In this document: in pieces, positions 9,524 through 18,100 of the stretch | Layout of the letters: each line of letters starts with the position of its first letter | Position numbering within the stretch: the first letter of the stretch is position 1 | Assembly: GCA_016210745.1 (NCBI GenBank) | Contig: JACQTO010000108.1 | Span: 9,563-73,562 of the forward strand | Source: Betaproteobacteria bacterium | GTDB lineage: Bacteria; Pseudomonadota; Gammaproteobacteria; Burkholderiales; SG8-39 | Direction: 5' to 3' | Length of the DNA: 64,000 nt | Notes under the pieces: generated by a model | Seen by the model: the letters and a program-made list of their open reading frames with translations, nothing else | Database searches by the model: none | What the model was told of the DNA's origin: nothing | Translations under genes and position numbers: made by a program

Positions 9524-11647
9524 ATGATCAGAACCCCCACAGTGACGACCAGCATTGAGCAGCAGGTGCCTGCCGAAGCCGACTTGGTGCGCAGCCTCAG
9601 GGCGCAGGCCAAGATCCGCGCCATTTTCGGCATTCCGATCATGGCCTCAGCGCTCGTCTACCTATCCTATACCACCGGCGTCAACGAGTGGGTACAGGGC
9701 GTTACCGCCGCGAACACGATTTTTATCGTCACCATGCTGATCCTGGCTGCGCGGCTGCGGCCATTCTCTGCCAATCAGCTCCTATTCGCCACGGCAATCC
9801 TCGATCCGCTGCTGCTGTCGGCCTGGGTGTCGATGGTCGGCGAGGTGGGCAGCCTCGCCATCGGCTTCTACCTGTTCACGATCCTTGGCTTCGGGCTGCG
9901 CACCGGCACCCGCCTTATGGGGGTATGCCAGATCGGCGCCCTAATCGGCTTTTCGGCGGTGATGGTTTTGCAGCCATACTGGCGCCAGCACCACATAGTG
10001 TGGCTTTCGTTCTTGTTCACGCTTATCTTGGTGCCTCTGTATGCCGCGGTGCTGGTGAGAAAGCTGCATGAAGCGCGCGGGATTGCCGAGCGGGAAAGCC
10101 AGGCAAAGTCGCAACTGCTAGCCAAGGTAAGCCATGAATTGCGCACGCCCTTGTCGGGCATCGTCGCCGCGGCGCAACTGCTGTCGGCGGAAACCGAGGA
10201 TCCCCGTGTCACCAACCGGGCCGAGACCATCATGGGTCTCTCACGGGATTTGCTGCGCGAGATCAACGACCTTTTGGATCAGGCGAAATACGAGGCGCGG
10301 GCGCTGGTGCTGGAATCCACGCTATTCGATCTGCATGAGCAAATGGATCGGCTTTGCTTGAGCCTGGAACCGACTGCGGTCAACAAAGGATTGGCTTTTT
10401 CAGTCAAGCTGGACCCGCGTCTGAAGGGCCGGGTCCAGGGCGATTCCCATTACTTGAGCAAGGTGCTGATAAACCTGGCCGGCAATGCAGTCAAGTTCAC
10501 AGACCATGGCAAGGTCGAGATCGGCATGACGCTCCTGGAAGAACGCGACGATCGTTACCGCGTGCGATTCAGCGTTCAGGATACCGGCATCGGAATCCCC
10601 AAGGAAATGCACGAAAAGATCTTCGAGCCCTTCTTTCAGGCTGACCGTTCGACGGCGCGCAAGTACGGCGGCACGGGCCTGGGAATGACGATAGCAAAGG
10701 AAATCGTCAACCTGATGGGGGGCCAGATTCGACTGGAGAGCGAGCCGGGAACGGGAAGCCTTTTCTATTTCGACCTCGCCTTCCCGCGCGTCAACACGCC
10801 CCAGCGAAGCATGCAACAGACGGCCGCGCAAATCGTCTACGGCAAGCGCGTTCTGATCGTAGACGACAATGCGACGAATTTATCGTTGATTGCGGAAATG
10901 CTGGCGCGCGACCGTCACGAGGTCGTAGCCGCCAAGAGCGGCGTCGAGGCGCTGGAGGTGCTGACTCGTCGCGAATTCGACGTGATTTTTCTCGACTTCA
11001 ATATGGGCGGCATGGACGGAACCAAAGTCCTGCAGGTCTACCGGTTCGGGAAGTTGAAGCCTGCGCCGGTGTTTTTCCTGACTGCGGATGTGACCGCGGC
11101 TACCGCCGCGCGGCTCGGCAACGCCGGGGCTGTCGGTATTCTGCACAAACCCATCACTATGGATGGACTGCGTCAGGCTATCGGCCAGGTGTGCGGCTCC
11201 GGTGCAGAATCGGTTGCCGCCCCGCTCACCACCCCGTCGAAGGTCCCCGCGCCGGCGCCGTCACAGGTGACGCTCGCGCCGGTGCCGACACAGTATGTCG
11301 ACTACGGCGTGATAGACGGCTTGGTGTCGATGAGCGAACGGCCGCAATTCCTGGCCGAGGTGCTGAGCAGCGCCGTGACCGACATCGAACGCAACTGCAA
11401 TGAATTGATGGGCGCATTGGCGGCACGGGATTCCGAACGCGTGCGCGATACCGCACACGCGCTGAAGGGGATATGCACGACCGTGGGCGCGACCCGGCTC
11501 GAGACGTTGGCGAACAGGCTGGCGCAGAGCACCGGCGAGGAACTGACCCAGGCCGGTGCGCGCTTGAGAACTGACGTCGCCGATACCAGTCGTCAAAGCA
11601 TTGCCGCCATACGCAGCATCCTGTTGAGCCGGGCAGTCAACGGGTAG
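9524..11647 (+). CDS. RpfC-like hybrid sensor histidine kinase (multi-TM sensor, HisKA, HATPase, REC, HPt)
   Basis: ATG at 9524 follows GGAAGGA. The N-terminus has about 5 TM segments and no large periplasmic domain. The H-box is SHELRTPL and the N/G boxes are NLAGNAVKFT and GTGLGM. The REC domain shows RVLIVDDNATN...DVIFLDFNMGGMDG...LTAD, and the C-terminal HPt shows AHALKGICTTVGA. Confidence 0.9.
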   Translation: MIRTPTVTTSIEQQVPAEADLVRSLRAQAKIRAIFGIPIMASALVYLSYTTGVNEWVQGVTAANTIFIVTMLILAARLRPFSANQLLFATAILDPLLLSAWVSMVGEVGSLAIGFYLFTILGFGLRTGTRLMGVCQIGALIGFSAVMVLQPYWRQHHIVWLSFLFTLILVPLYAAVLVRKLHEARGIAERESQAKSQLLAKVSHELRTPLSGIVAAAQLLSAETEDPRVTNRAETIMGLSRDLLREINDLLDQAKYEARALVLESTLFDLHEQMDRLCLSLEPTAVNKGLAFSVKLDPRLKGRVQGDSHYLSKVLINLAGNAVKFTDHGKVEIGMTLLEERDDRYRVRFSVQDTGIGIPKEMHEKIFEPFFQADRSTARKYGGTGLGMTIAKEIVNLMGGQIRLESEPGTGSLFYFDLAFPRVNTPQRSMQQTAAQIVYGKRVLIVDDNATNLSLIAEMLARDRHEVVAAKSGVEALEVLTRREFDVIFLDFNMGGMDGTKVLQVYRFGKLKPAPVFFLTADVTAATAARLGNAGAVGILHKPITMDGLRQAIGQVCGSGAESVAAPLTTPSKVPAPAPSQVTLAPVPTQYVDYGVIDGLVSMSERPQFLAEVLSSAVTDIERNCNELMGALAARDSERVRDTAHALKGICTTVGATRLETLANRLAQSTGEELTQAGARLRTDVADTSRQSIAAIRSILLSRAVNG

Positions 11648-12530
11648 CGAGCGGTTGATAGTCCCGTTGCAGGCGAATCAGCATGTCCATGACCTTCAGG
11701 TCCGCCTCTCCCAGATCCATCGCCGCTTCTACCCACTCGCCAACGACCGTCAATAGTTCGCTATAGTCGAGCGGCGCCACGCGGTACCGGCCGCGCTGGA
11801 GCATCAGCCGCGCGTTGCGATGTTTGCTGTGGTTCGCGATGAACCGCTCCACGGCCAGTGCGCCTTCCCCTCTCGGGCATATTTCATCGACAATGCCCTT
11901 TTCCTTCAGTTCGGCCGCCGAATAGATCCGCGCATCGGTCATCATGCGTTCGGCCTCGTATACGCCCACCCGCCGCGCCAACAGGCTCATGCCTCCGGTG
12001 CACGGAAACAAGCCGAACAGGATCTCGGGGAAGCCGAACTCGCTCTGTTCCTCCGCGATCAGGTAGTCGGCGCTCAGTGCCGCCTCGAATCCCCCGCCCA
12101 ACGCCCGCCCCTGGACCAATGCTATGGTGGTCGCCTGGTTGTTCAGGCAGGTCGCCCACTCGTACATGATGTCCAGGCATAGCCGTGAATACTGATACAG
12201 GGCGTCCTTGTCCTTGCGCTCGATACAGGCGTGGAAGTGCCGCAGATCTCCCCCCAGGCCGAAGTAATCGGGATGGCCGGACTTGAGCACCGCATACTGG
12301 ACCGGCAGCAACTGGCCTTCGTCAACCCAGCGTCCGGCTCTGCCCTTTATGGCGTGGAGCACGTCGCGCAGGCCATGCAACAGCGACAGAGAGAAATTCT
12401 GACATCCCCCATCGGATGGCCGCTTCATCGTGATCCAAAGCACGTTGGATCCTCCACGATCGAGTTCCGCAGTAACACGATCGGAGATGTTCGGCTGTGA
12501 CAACGGAATTTGAAAATCTAAGGCTCCCAT
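11637..12530 (-). CDS. RpfF-like DSF synthase (crotonase-superfamily enoyl-CoA hydratase/thioesterase)
   Basis: As I recall Xanthomonas RpfF, several segments align with it. FGLGGDLRHF matches FNLGGDLALF. IALVQGRALGGGFEAALSADYLIAEE..FGFPEILFGLFP matches IALVQGNALGGGFEAALSCHTIIAEE..MGLPEVLFDLFP. EWVEAAMDLGEADLKVMDMLIRLQ matches EIWVDTAMQLGEKSLRTMDRLVRAQ. Confidence 0.85.
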   Translation of the reverse strand: MGALDFQIPLSQPNISDRVTAELDRGGSNVLWITMKRPSDGGCQNFSLSLLHGLRDVLHAIKGRAGRWVDEGQLLPVQYAVLKSGHPDYFGLGGDLRHFHACIERKDKDALYQYSRLCLDIMYEWATCLNNQATTIALVQGRALGGGFEAALSADYLIAEEQSEFGFPEILFGLFPCTGGMSLLARRVGVYEAERMMTDARIYSAAELKEKGIVDEICPRGEGALAVERFIANHSKHRNARLMLQRGRYRVAPLDYSELLTVVGEWVEAAMDLGEADLKVMDMLIRLQRDYQPLATR

Positions 12531-12548
12531 GGTTTTCCCCCTTTTCTA

Positions 12549-13859
12549 TCAACTGGACGACACCGAAACGGATGGACGCTTCGCGGGCATTTCGCGGTGT
12601 TTCGAAATGACCAACGCCACATTGGTACCACCGAAACCTGACGAAAAAGACATTGCCCGTTCGATCCGCCGATCGAAGATCGGGCTATTGGCCACGTGAT
12701 TCAGTTCGCACAGGGGATCGATTTCATCCAGGTGTGCCGTGGCGGGAAGAAACGACTCCGCGATCGCGAGGACAGTAACCACAAATTCTAGCGCGCTGGC
12801 CGCGCCAAGCAGGTGGCCATGGACAGACTTGGTCGAGCTTACCGGTACGGTCCTGCCGGCATCGCCGAAGGCGAGGTTTATTGCCTGCGCCTCGACGGTA
12901 TCCCCGCCGCGAGTTGCCGTTCCGTGAGCATTGATGTAATGGATATCTGCGGGTCCAATGCCCGCATCCTCGAGCGCCAGACGCATGGCCTTGGCCTCTC
13001 CCTCGAGTTTAGGCGACGCGATGTGATAGCCGTCGGAAGCGACTCCGTAACCAGAAAGCACGGCGTAGCAGGCGGCTCCGCGCCGCTGAGCATGCTCGGC
13101 CGATTCGAGCACTACAAAAGCAGCACCCTCGCCGAGAACCAGCCCTGCTCGATCCTTTGAAAAGGGCCTGCAGCTGCGGCCGACCTCGGACTCGTCCGGC
13201 ATGGCAAGCGCCCGGGTCGCGTCGAACCCCCAGAACATGGCAGCGGTAAGCGGAGCCTCTGCACCGCCGGCTACGGCGACGTCCAGGTACCCGTCGCGAA
13301 TGGCGCGCAGGGCCTCGCCGATAGCGGTCCCTGAGGAGGCGCAGGCTTCGCTGTGGGTCAATACCGGCCCGAGTATCTTGTGGCGTATCGAGATCTGAGC
13401 AGCGCCGGCGTTGTGCATCATCGACATCATCGTAAAAGGCCGCGCATTCTTATGTTCGATCAATATTTGCTCGTACGACGCCTGTTCGGTTTCCGCGCCG
13501 CCCCGGACCGTGCCATAGAAGAGGCCCGCACGCTGCTCGTAGCACGAAAAGTCCCCGAGTCCCGCGTCGGTCACTGCCTGGCGCGCGGCAATGATGGCCA
13601 TCTGCGGACACCGGTCCAAAAACGGCAGTTCGAGCTTGGTGAATTCATTGGCAAAGCTTCGAGGAACCACCCCGGCTGGAAACGTCTTTTGCAGGTAGCG
13701 TGGCTCACACAAGCGAATGCCGGAGCGCGCGGTTGAAAGATAGGAGATCAGTTCCCCGATGTCACACCCGATCGGGGATATGACACCCAGGCCGGTGATC
13801 ACGACATCCCGCTTATCGGACATGGGCGCTGGCCCCGGCTCGATACGGGCCGGGCTCAC
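12549..13859 (-). CDS. Beta-ketoacyl-ACP synthase (KAS I/II type)
   Basis: A Cys-His-His triad is present in SEACASSGTA, NAHGTATRGGD and KSVHGHLLGAAS. The longest ORF starts at GTG 13859, overlapping the ACP stop as GTGA. An alternative ATG at 13823 gives MSDKRDVVITGLG. Confidence 0.9.
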   Translation of the reverse strand: MSPARIEPGPAPMSDKRDVVITGLGVISPIGCDIGELISYLSTARSGIRLCEPRYLQKTFPAGVVPRSFANEFTKLELPFLDRCPQMAIIAARQAVTDAGLGDFSCYEQRAGLFYGTVRGGAETEQASYEQILIEHKNARPFTMMSMMHNAGAAQISIRHKILGPVLTHSEACASSGTAIGEALRAIRDGYLDVAVAGGAEAPLTAAMFWGFDATRALAMPDESEVGRSCRPFSKDRAGLVLGEGAAFVVLESAEHAQRRGAACYAVLSGYGVASDGYHIASPKLEGEAKAMRLALEDAGIGPADIHYINAHGTATRGGDTVEAQAINLAFGDAGRTVPVSSTKSVHGHLLGAASALEFVVTVLAIAESFLPATAHLDEIDPLCELNHVANSPIFDRRIERAMSFSSGFGGTNVALVISKHREMPAKRPSVSVSSS

Positions 13860-14104
13860 GCGCTGCCGGCCAGATTTCTGGATATGACCGCTGCCACCTC
13901 GCCCAGGGACGGGTTGGGCGGGAAAGACAAGTCAACGAGCTTTGTCCCAAGCTCCGCCTCGAGGTCAAGCATGATTTCGAGGACGTGGAGCGAATCGACC
14001 CCGAGATCGCCGAGCCTGGCGCCATCGCCAAGTTGGGCGACATCGAGCCCGAAACGATCGTGTAAGCTGGATTGGATCTTGGTGAGAATAGCGGCGTTGT
14101 CCAT
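13856..14104 (-). CDS. Acyl carrier protein
   Basis: It is 82 aa with an LGVDSLHVLEIM motif (DSL phosphopantetheine serine). It is the first gene of the ACP-KAS-crotonase operon. Confidence 0.9.
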   Translation of the reverse strand: MDNAAILTKIQSSLHDRFGLDVAQLGDGARLGDLGVDSLHVLEIMLDLEAELGTKLVDLSFPPNPSLGEVAAVISRNLAGSA

Positions 14105-14424
14105 CGTGACCTAACCCCCTGCAATTAGCGCATACGATTCGTTTGGTCCCAAGGCGAGGAATCGGCGCCATGACGCCATCCGCGCCCGGGAGCCGGAAGT
14201 TTAGCGGAGATTGGCTTTGACTGGGGAGGCGTTGGTCGAGGCGCCCGCTCATACGGAGGCGCCCCGTTCCCGAGCAAATCAGCCATGTATTACGCGCCGG
14301 GGCACGCGGTCATCATGCGGCCCGGGACGGGAATAGGCTGCTCGGTTTTTGCCGACAAGGCGCAGGATGCTATGCTTCCTATTCAGATGTCATAACACCA
14401 ACACCAATCAGCGGCGGACCAGGG

Positions 14425-15474
14425 ATGTACCCAATACTCGTCGACAAGAAAATACTCGTGGTTGATGACCAGGCGACGATCCGCAAAATTGTCAACGGCG
14501 TGCTGGTCCACAGCAGCGCTCAGGTGCTCGAGGCTAGCTGCGCCGACGAAGCAATTCGGATAGCTCGCGAACAGTGTATCGATGCATTTCTGCTCGACAT
14601 ACAGTTGCAGGGCACCAACGGCATCGAACTGTGCCGCACGCTCAGGGGGATGGATAACTACCGCAACACTCCCATCATGTTCGTCACCGCCATGGACGAA
14701 AGGCGGACTCTGCAACAGGCATTGGAAGCGGGCGGCGACGACTTCATTCACAAGCCGATCGATCCCGTCATTCTCAGGGCCCGGCTGAGCAATCTGTTTC
14801 AAAAAACGGAATACCTTCGACAGATCGAGCTGATGAGTCTTTCGCTGCACCGTTACGTGTCGCCGAGAACGGAGGAAATGGCCCGGATCTACGCCAGGAC
14901 AGGTGTCCTTCCCCCGCCCAGAAAACGCGAGGTTTCTGTCTTGTTTACCGACGTGCGCGACTTCACGGAATTGAGCCAGCAACTGGAGCCGGACGCCCTG
15001 TTCCACTCACTCAGCGAGCACCTCGCCACTCAGGTAGGTCTGGTCTATGCCCACGGAGGATACGTCGACAAATTCGCCGGCGACGGCATGATGGCCGTTT
15101 TCGATGGCGAAGACATGATCTTGAGAGGCTGCCTGTGCGCGCTGGACATCCTGGATTATTCCAAGAACCGGCTCGAGTCTCGGGGCACGAAAATCAATCA
15201 GCTTGGCATGGGGATCCATACGGGATCCGCCATGATCGGCAATCTCGGCTCCTCCGAACACCTGGATTACACCCTTGTGGGAGGTACCGTGAATCTGGCT
15301 GCTCGCCTTTGCGGCGTGGCAGACCGACTTTCCATCATCGCGTCGCGGAGCGTTCGCGACGCCCTCGCGGACGAACCTCGTGTTCGATTCTCGGATGAGC
15401 GGCGGGCGACCATGCGCGGATTCGAGGAACCGATATTGATCTACGACCTCAGCCGAGGGATCCCGTCCGCCTGA
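14425..15474 (+). CDS. Response regulator (REC) fused to a class III adenylate/guanylate cyclase
   Basis: The REC domain shows ILVVDDQATIR...DAFLLDIQL. The cyclase domain shows VLFTDVRDFT, DKFAGDGMMAVF, GIHTGSAMIGNLGS and DYTLVGGTVNLAARL. Confidence 0.9.
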   Translation: MYPILVDKKILVVDDQATIRKIVNGVLVHSSAQVLEASCADEAIRIAREQCIDAFLLDIQLQGTNGIELCRTLRGMDNYRNTPIMFVTAMDERRTLQQALEAGGDDFIHKPIDPVILRARLSNLFQKTEYLRQIELMSLSLHRYVSPRTEEMARIYARTGVLPPPRKREVSVLFTDVRDFTELSQQLEPDALFHSLSEHLATQVGLVYAHGGYVDKFAGDGMMAVFDGEDMILRGCLCALDILDYSKNRLESRGTKINQLGMGIHTGSAMIGNLGSSEHLDYTLVGGTVNLAARLCGVADRLSIIASRSVRDALADEPRVRFSDERRATMRGFEEPILIYDLSRGIPSA

Positions 15475-15597
15475 GCACTGGACCGAAGCCGGCCTCGTAT
15501 GCCCCTGGGCGCTTGACCCCCGAAGCCGTAAGACGGCAAATCCCCGGCAACTCTGCTGTAAAATAATAGCGGTCACCAAACCCGGAGGAGGATAACA

Positions 15598-15978
15598 ATG
15601 TTCAAGCGCATCGACCACGTGGAACTGATCCCACGCGACCTGGAAAAGACCATCGATTTCTACACCAAGGTGCTGGGCTTCAGCGTGAAGTCACGCCAAA
15701 AAAAGGAAGCCGGGCCGATGAAGGAGATCGTGTATCTGACGCTCGGCGACACCATGATGGAGCTGTTGGATATGAAAGATGCGCCGGACATAGCTCCCGA
15801 CACCCGGCGCATCGGCTATCGCATGATTGCGCTCGAGGTGGAGGATATGGATAAGACCTTCGACTACCTGAAGACCAAGGGCATTCTTCCCTCGGTAGCG
15901 CCGGTTACCCTGGGCACTTCGAAGCGCGCCGAGATCCTGGATCCGAACGGCAACTCTATCGAACTGAGGCAATGGTAG
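15598..15978 (+). CDS. VOC (glyoxalase/bleomycin-resistance/dioxygenase) family protein
   Basis: It is 126 aa with a strong GGAGGAGG Shine-Dalgarno sequence. MFKRIDHVELIPRDLEKTIDFYTKVLGF is a typical VOC beta-alpha-beta-beta-beta start. Confidence 0.8.
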   Translation: MFKRIDHVELIPRDLEKTIDFYTKVLGFSVKSRQKKEAGPMKEIVYLTLGDTMMELLDMKDAPDIAPDTRRIGYRMIALEVEDMDKTFDYLKTKGILPSVAPVTLGTSKRAEILDPNGNSIELRQW

Positions 15979-16010
15979 CGAAGAGCTATTGCCGCTGACT
16001 TCCTCGCGCG

Positions 16011-16973
16011 CTAAGCCGCCATTTCCTCGGGTTCGCCCGGCCGAACCAGCGCAAGCGTTACGGGCGGATGGCGTTTGAGCGCGCGAGCGTCGCCTGCCGT
16101 GGCGAGCTTGTGCGCGAACTGGACGTTCTTCGCAAGTTCCTCGAAGTAGCGATGCTCCCCGCCGAAGTGGCGCGCAGCGTGGTGATGGGCCCCATCGAAG
16201 TCAGTCTCCAAGCGCCGAATGGCCGATTCGTAGAATCGCGGCGTCTTCAACACCAGGTCCTCGCCGGACTCGAAAACCACCTGTTCTTCGCCATTGGGCA
16301 GGCGCTTGCGCGCGATGCCGGCGGCAACGAATTCGGGATACAGTCGATCGCGGCATTTCTCCAGGTAACAGCGGTCCGACATCTGCGCGATGATGTCGGC
16401 CGAGCCGAGAATGCTGCCCAGAAGCCTGTGGCTCGAAGTCGGGAGCGTAATATCCGCGACTGGAGTCTCAAAGCCGGTAAAGTGGATCAATTGGGCGGCG
16501 ATGTCGGCCATTTCGCCCATCCCTATAGTCGGCAGATAAGCCCTCACGAACTGCGCCCCCCGAGAGACGTGAGTCAGCGTCAGCTCGCTGCCGTTCCTAT
16601 GCTGTTTTTCCCCGAGCGTGCGCACATAGCCGCAGTCGTGAAATAGCGCGGTGACGATCCCGAGCCGGAAGAGCGGCGCGTCGAGGGATTCGATTCCAAC
16701 CACCCCGCGGTTGTACCCATCGATCAGCCGCGCCATGGCGAGCGTCACATCGAGCACATGCTGGATGTCGTGGTAGGGGGTATCGCAGGCGAAATAGCCC
16801 GGACGGTCACCGCAGTAAAGACCGGCCATGTCCTGGAATGCTCGATCGATCTGGCCGGCGGCTTCATTGGGGTAGAGTCGCGTGAAGATCCGGTCAACCG
16901 CCGCGTTGACGACGGCCGGGTCCGTGGTCTTGATATCGTTCGATACGTCGTATTCGCTGCGGCGCTGTTTCAA
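16011..16973 (-). CDS. HD-domain metal-dependent phosphohydrolase
   Basis: HD signatures are YHDIQHVLDV and ALFHDCGY. A TTG start is preceded by GAAGAGGGG. Confidence 0.65.
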   Translation of the reverse strand: MKQRRSEYDVSNDIKTTDPAVVNAAVDRIFTRLYPNEAAGQIDRAFQDMAGLYCGDRPGYFACDTPYHDIQHVLDVTLAMARLIDGYNRGVVGIESLDAPLFRLGIVTALFHDCGYVRTLGEKQHRNGSELTLTHVSRGAQFVRAYLPTIGMGEMADIAAQLIHFTGFETPVADITLPTSSHRLLGSILGSADIIAQMSDRCYLEKCRDRLYPEFVAAGIARKRLPNGEEQVVFESGEDLVLKTPRFYESAIRRLETDFDGAHHHAARHFGGEHRYFEELAKNVQFAHKLATAGDARALKRHPPVTLALVRPGEPEEMAA

Positions 16974-17280
16974 ACGACCCCTCTTCCCAAGTCAAGCTGT
17001 CGCATTCTTCTTGCCTGCAATTGCCGCTCTCGGAAAATCCGCCGCGAAAGCGTCTGCGCCTCATGCATATCGAACTCTCGTACCGGCTGCAGTCTTGCCG
17101 GACACAAGGTCCGATCGCTATGACAGCGGCATGGGAATAAGTATATGCCGGTTATCGTCGCTCGTGTACAGCCTTGGCGTTTGAATCCGGTCCCGGGCGG
17201 GAAAACGTCACATTGTCTTGCGATTAAGCGCAACTGCATGCGCAAGAACCGGTAGAGGGGGTAACCAAGAACCGGTAGAT

Positions 17281-17868
17281 CTAGGACGCGCTCAGCATCC
17301 GCTCGACGTAACGTGCGATCTGGTCCACTTCCAGATTCACGCGGCTGCCGGGTTTCAGGTGCTTGAGGGTGGTCGCTGAGAGGGTGTGCGGAATGAGGTT
17401 GATGTCGAAATCGGGACCCGAGACGGTATTGACCGTGAGGCTCACTCCCTGGATCGCGACCGAGCCCTTGCGTGCGATGTATTTCGCCAGTTCCGCCGGC
17501 GCGCGCACCCTGAGCAAATGGCTCTCACCCGCCGGTTCGAACTTCAGCACCTCGCCCACCCCGTCGACATGGCCTGACACGAGGTGCCCGCCGATCCGGT
17601 CGGCAAGCCGAAGCGACTTCTCCAGGTTGACTTCGGTGGGACCGTCCAAGCCCGCCGTGCAGTGAAGCGTTTCAGCGGAAACATCCGCATCGAAGCTCGA
17701 GGTCGTCTTTGCGATCACGGTCAGGCACACGCCATTCACGCAAATGCTGTCGCCGATCCCGACATCGTCCAACCCCAGCCGCACGGCGTGAATGCTGAGG
17801 CGCACGCCCCGATCGAGCGGCTGAACCTTGGTAATCCTGCCTACGGCAGCGACGATTCCCGAGAACAT
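17281..17868 (-). CDS. ribE: Riboflavin synthase alpha chain
   Basis: It starts MFSGIV..G.I and shows duplicated lumazine-binding repeats (GDSI.VNGVCLTV and GSVAIQGVSLTV). Confidence 0.95.
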   Translation of the reverse strand: MFSGIVAAVGRITKVQPLDRGVRLSIHAVRLGLDDVGIGDSICVNGVCLTVIAKTTSSFDADVSAETLHCTAGLDGPTEVNLEKSLRLADRIGGHLVSGHVDGVGEVLKFEPAGESHLLRVRAPAELAKYIARKGSVAIQGVSLTVNTVSGPDFDINLIPHTLSATTLKHLKPGSRVNLEVDQIARYVERMLSAS

Positions 17869-17924
17869 AGCTGTGTGCCTTTCTAGTAGGACCTGGCGCT
17901 AGCGTCCCAAATCCTAAATCCTAA

Positions 17925-18066
17925 GCCGAGCAAGCCGGAACCAAGGAAGCTGGTTTTGCCGTTTATCAATCTCCCTTTTTCGTGCAGTTGCACGCAACTG
18001 CACGAAAAGGGGAGACGAATCTAGAAACCAAGGCTTCGCCAAATTGGTCAACAGTACACTTGCAAG
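17925..18066 (+). repeat. R2 structured intergenic element, copy B
   Basis: The hairpin pairs 17970-17991 with 17994-18015 (one T/G wobble position). The conserved flanks are GCCGGAACCAAGGAAGCTGGTTTTGCCGTTTATCAA and ACGAATCTAGAAACCAAGGCTTCGCCAAATTGGTCAACAG. Confidence 0.9.
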
Positions 18067-18100
18067 AGGTTAAATCCTGAATTCTGCTTGAAAGCCGAGA

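Noticed and set aside
16974-18100. Is there an FMN (RFN) riboswitch near the ribD/ribE genes or in the long spacer upstream of the HD gene?
   Set aside because: None of the characteristic RFN core segments are visible. The ribD-ribE spacer is instead occupied by R2 copy B.
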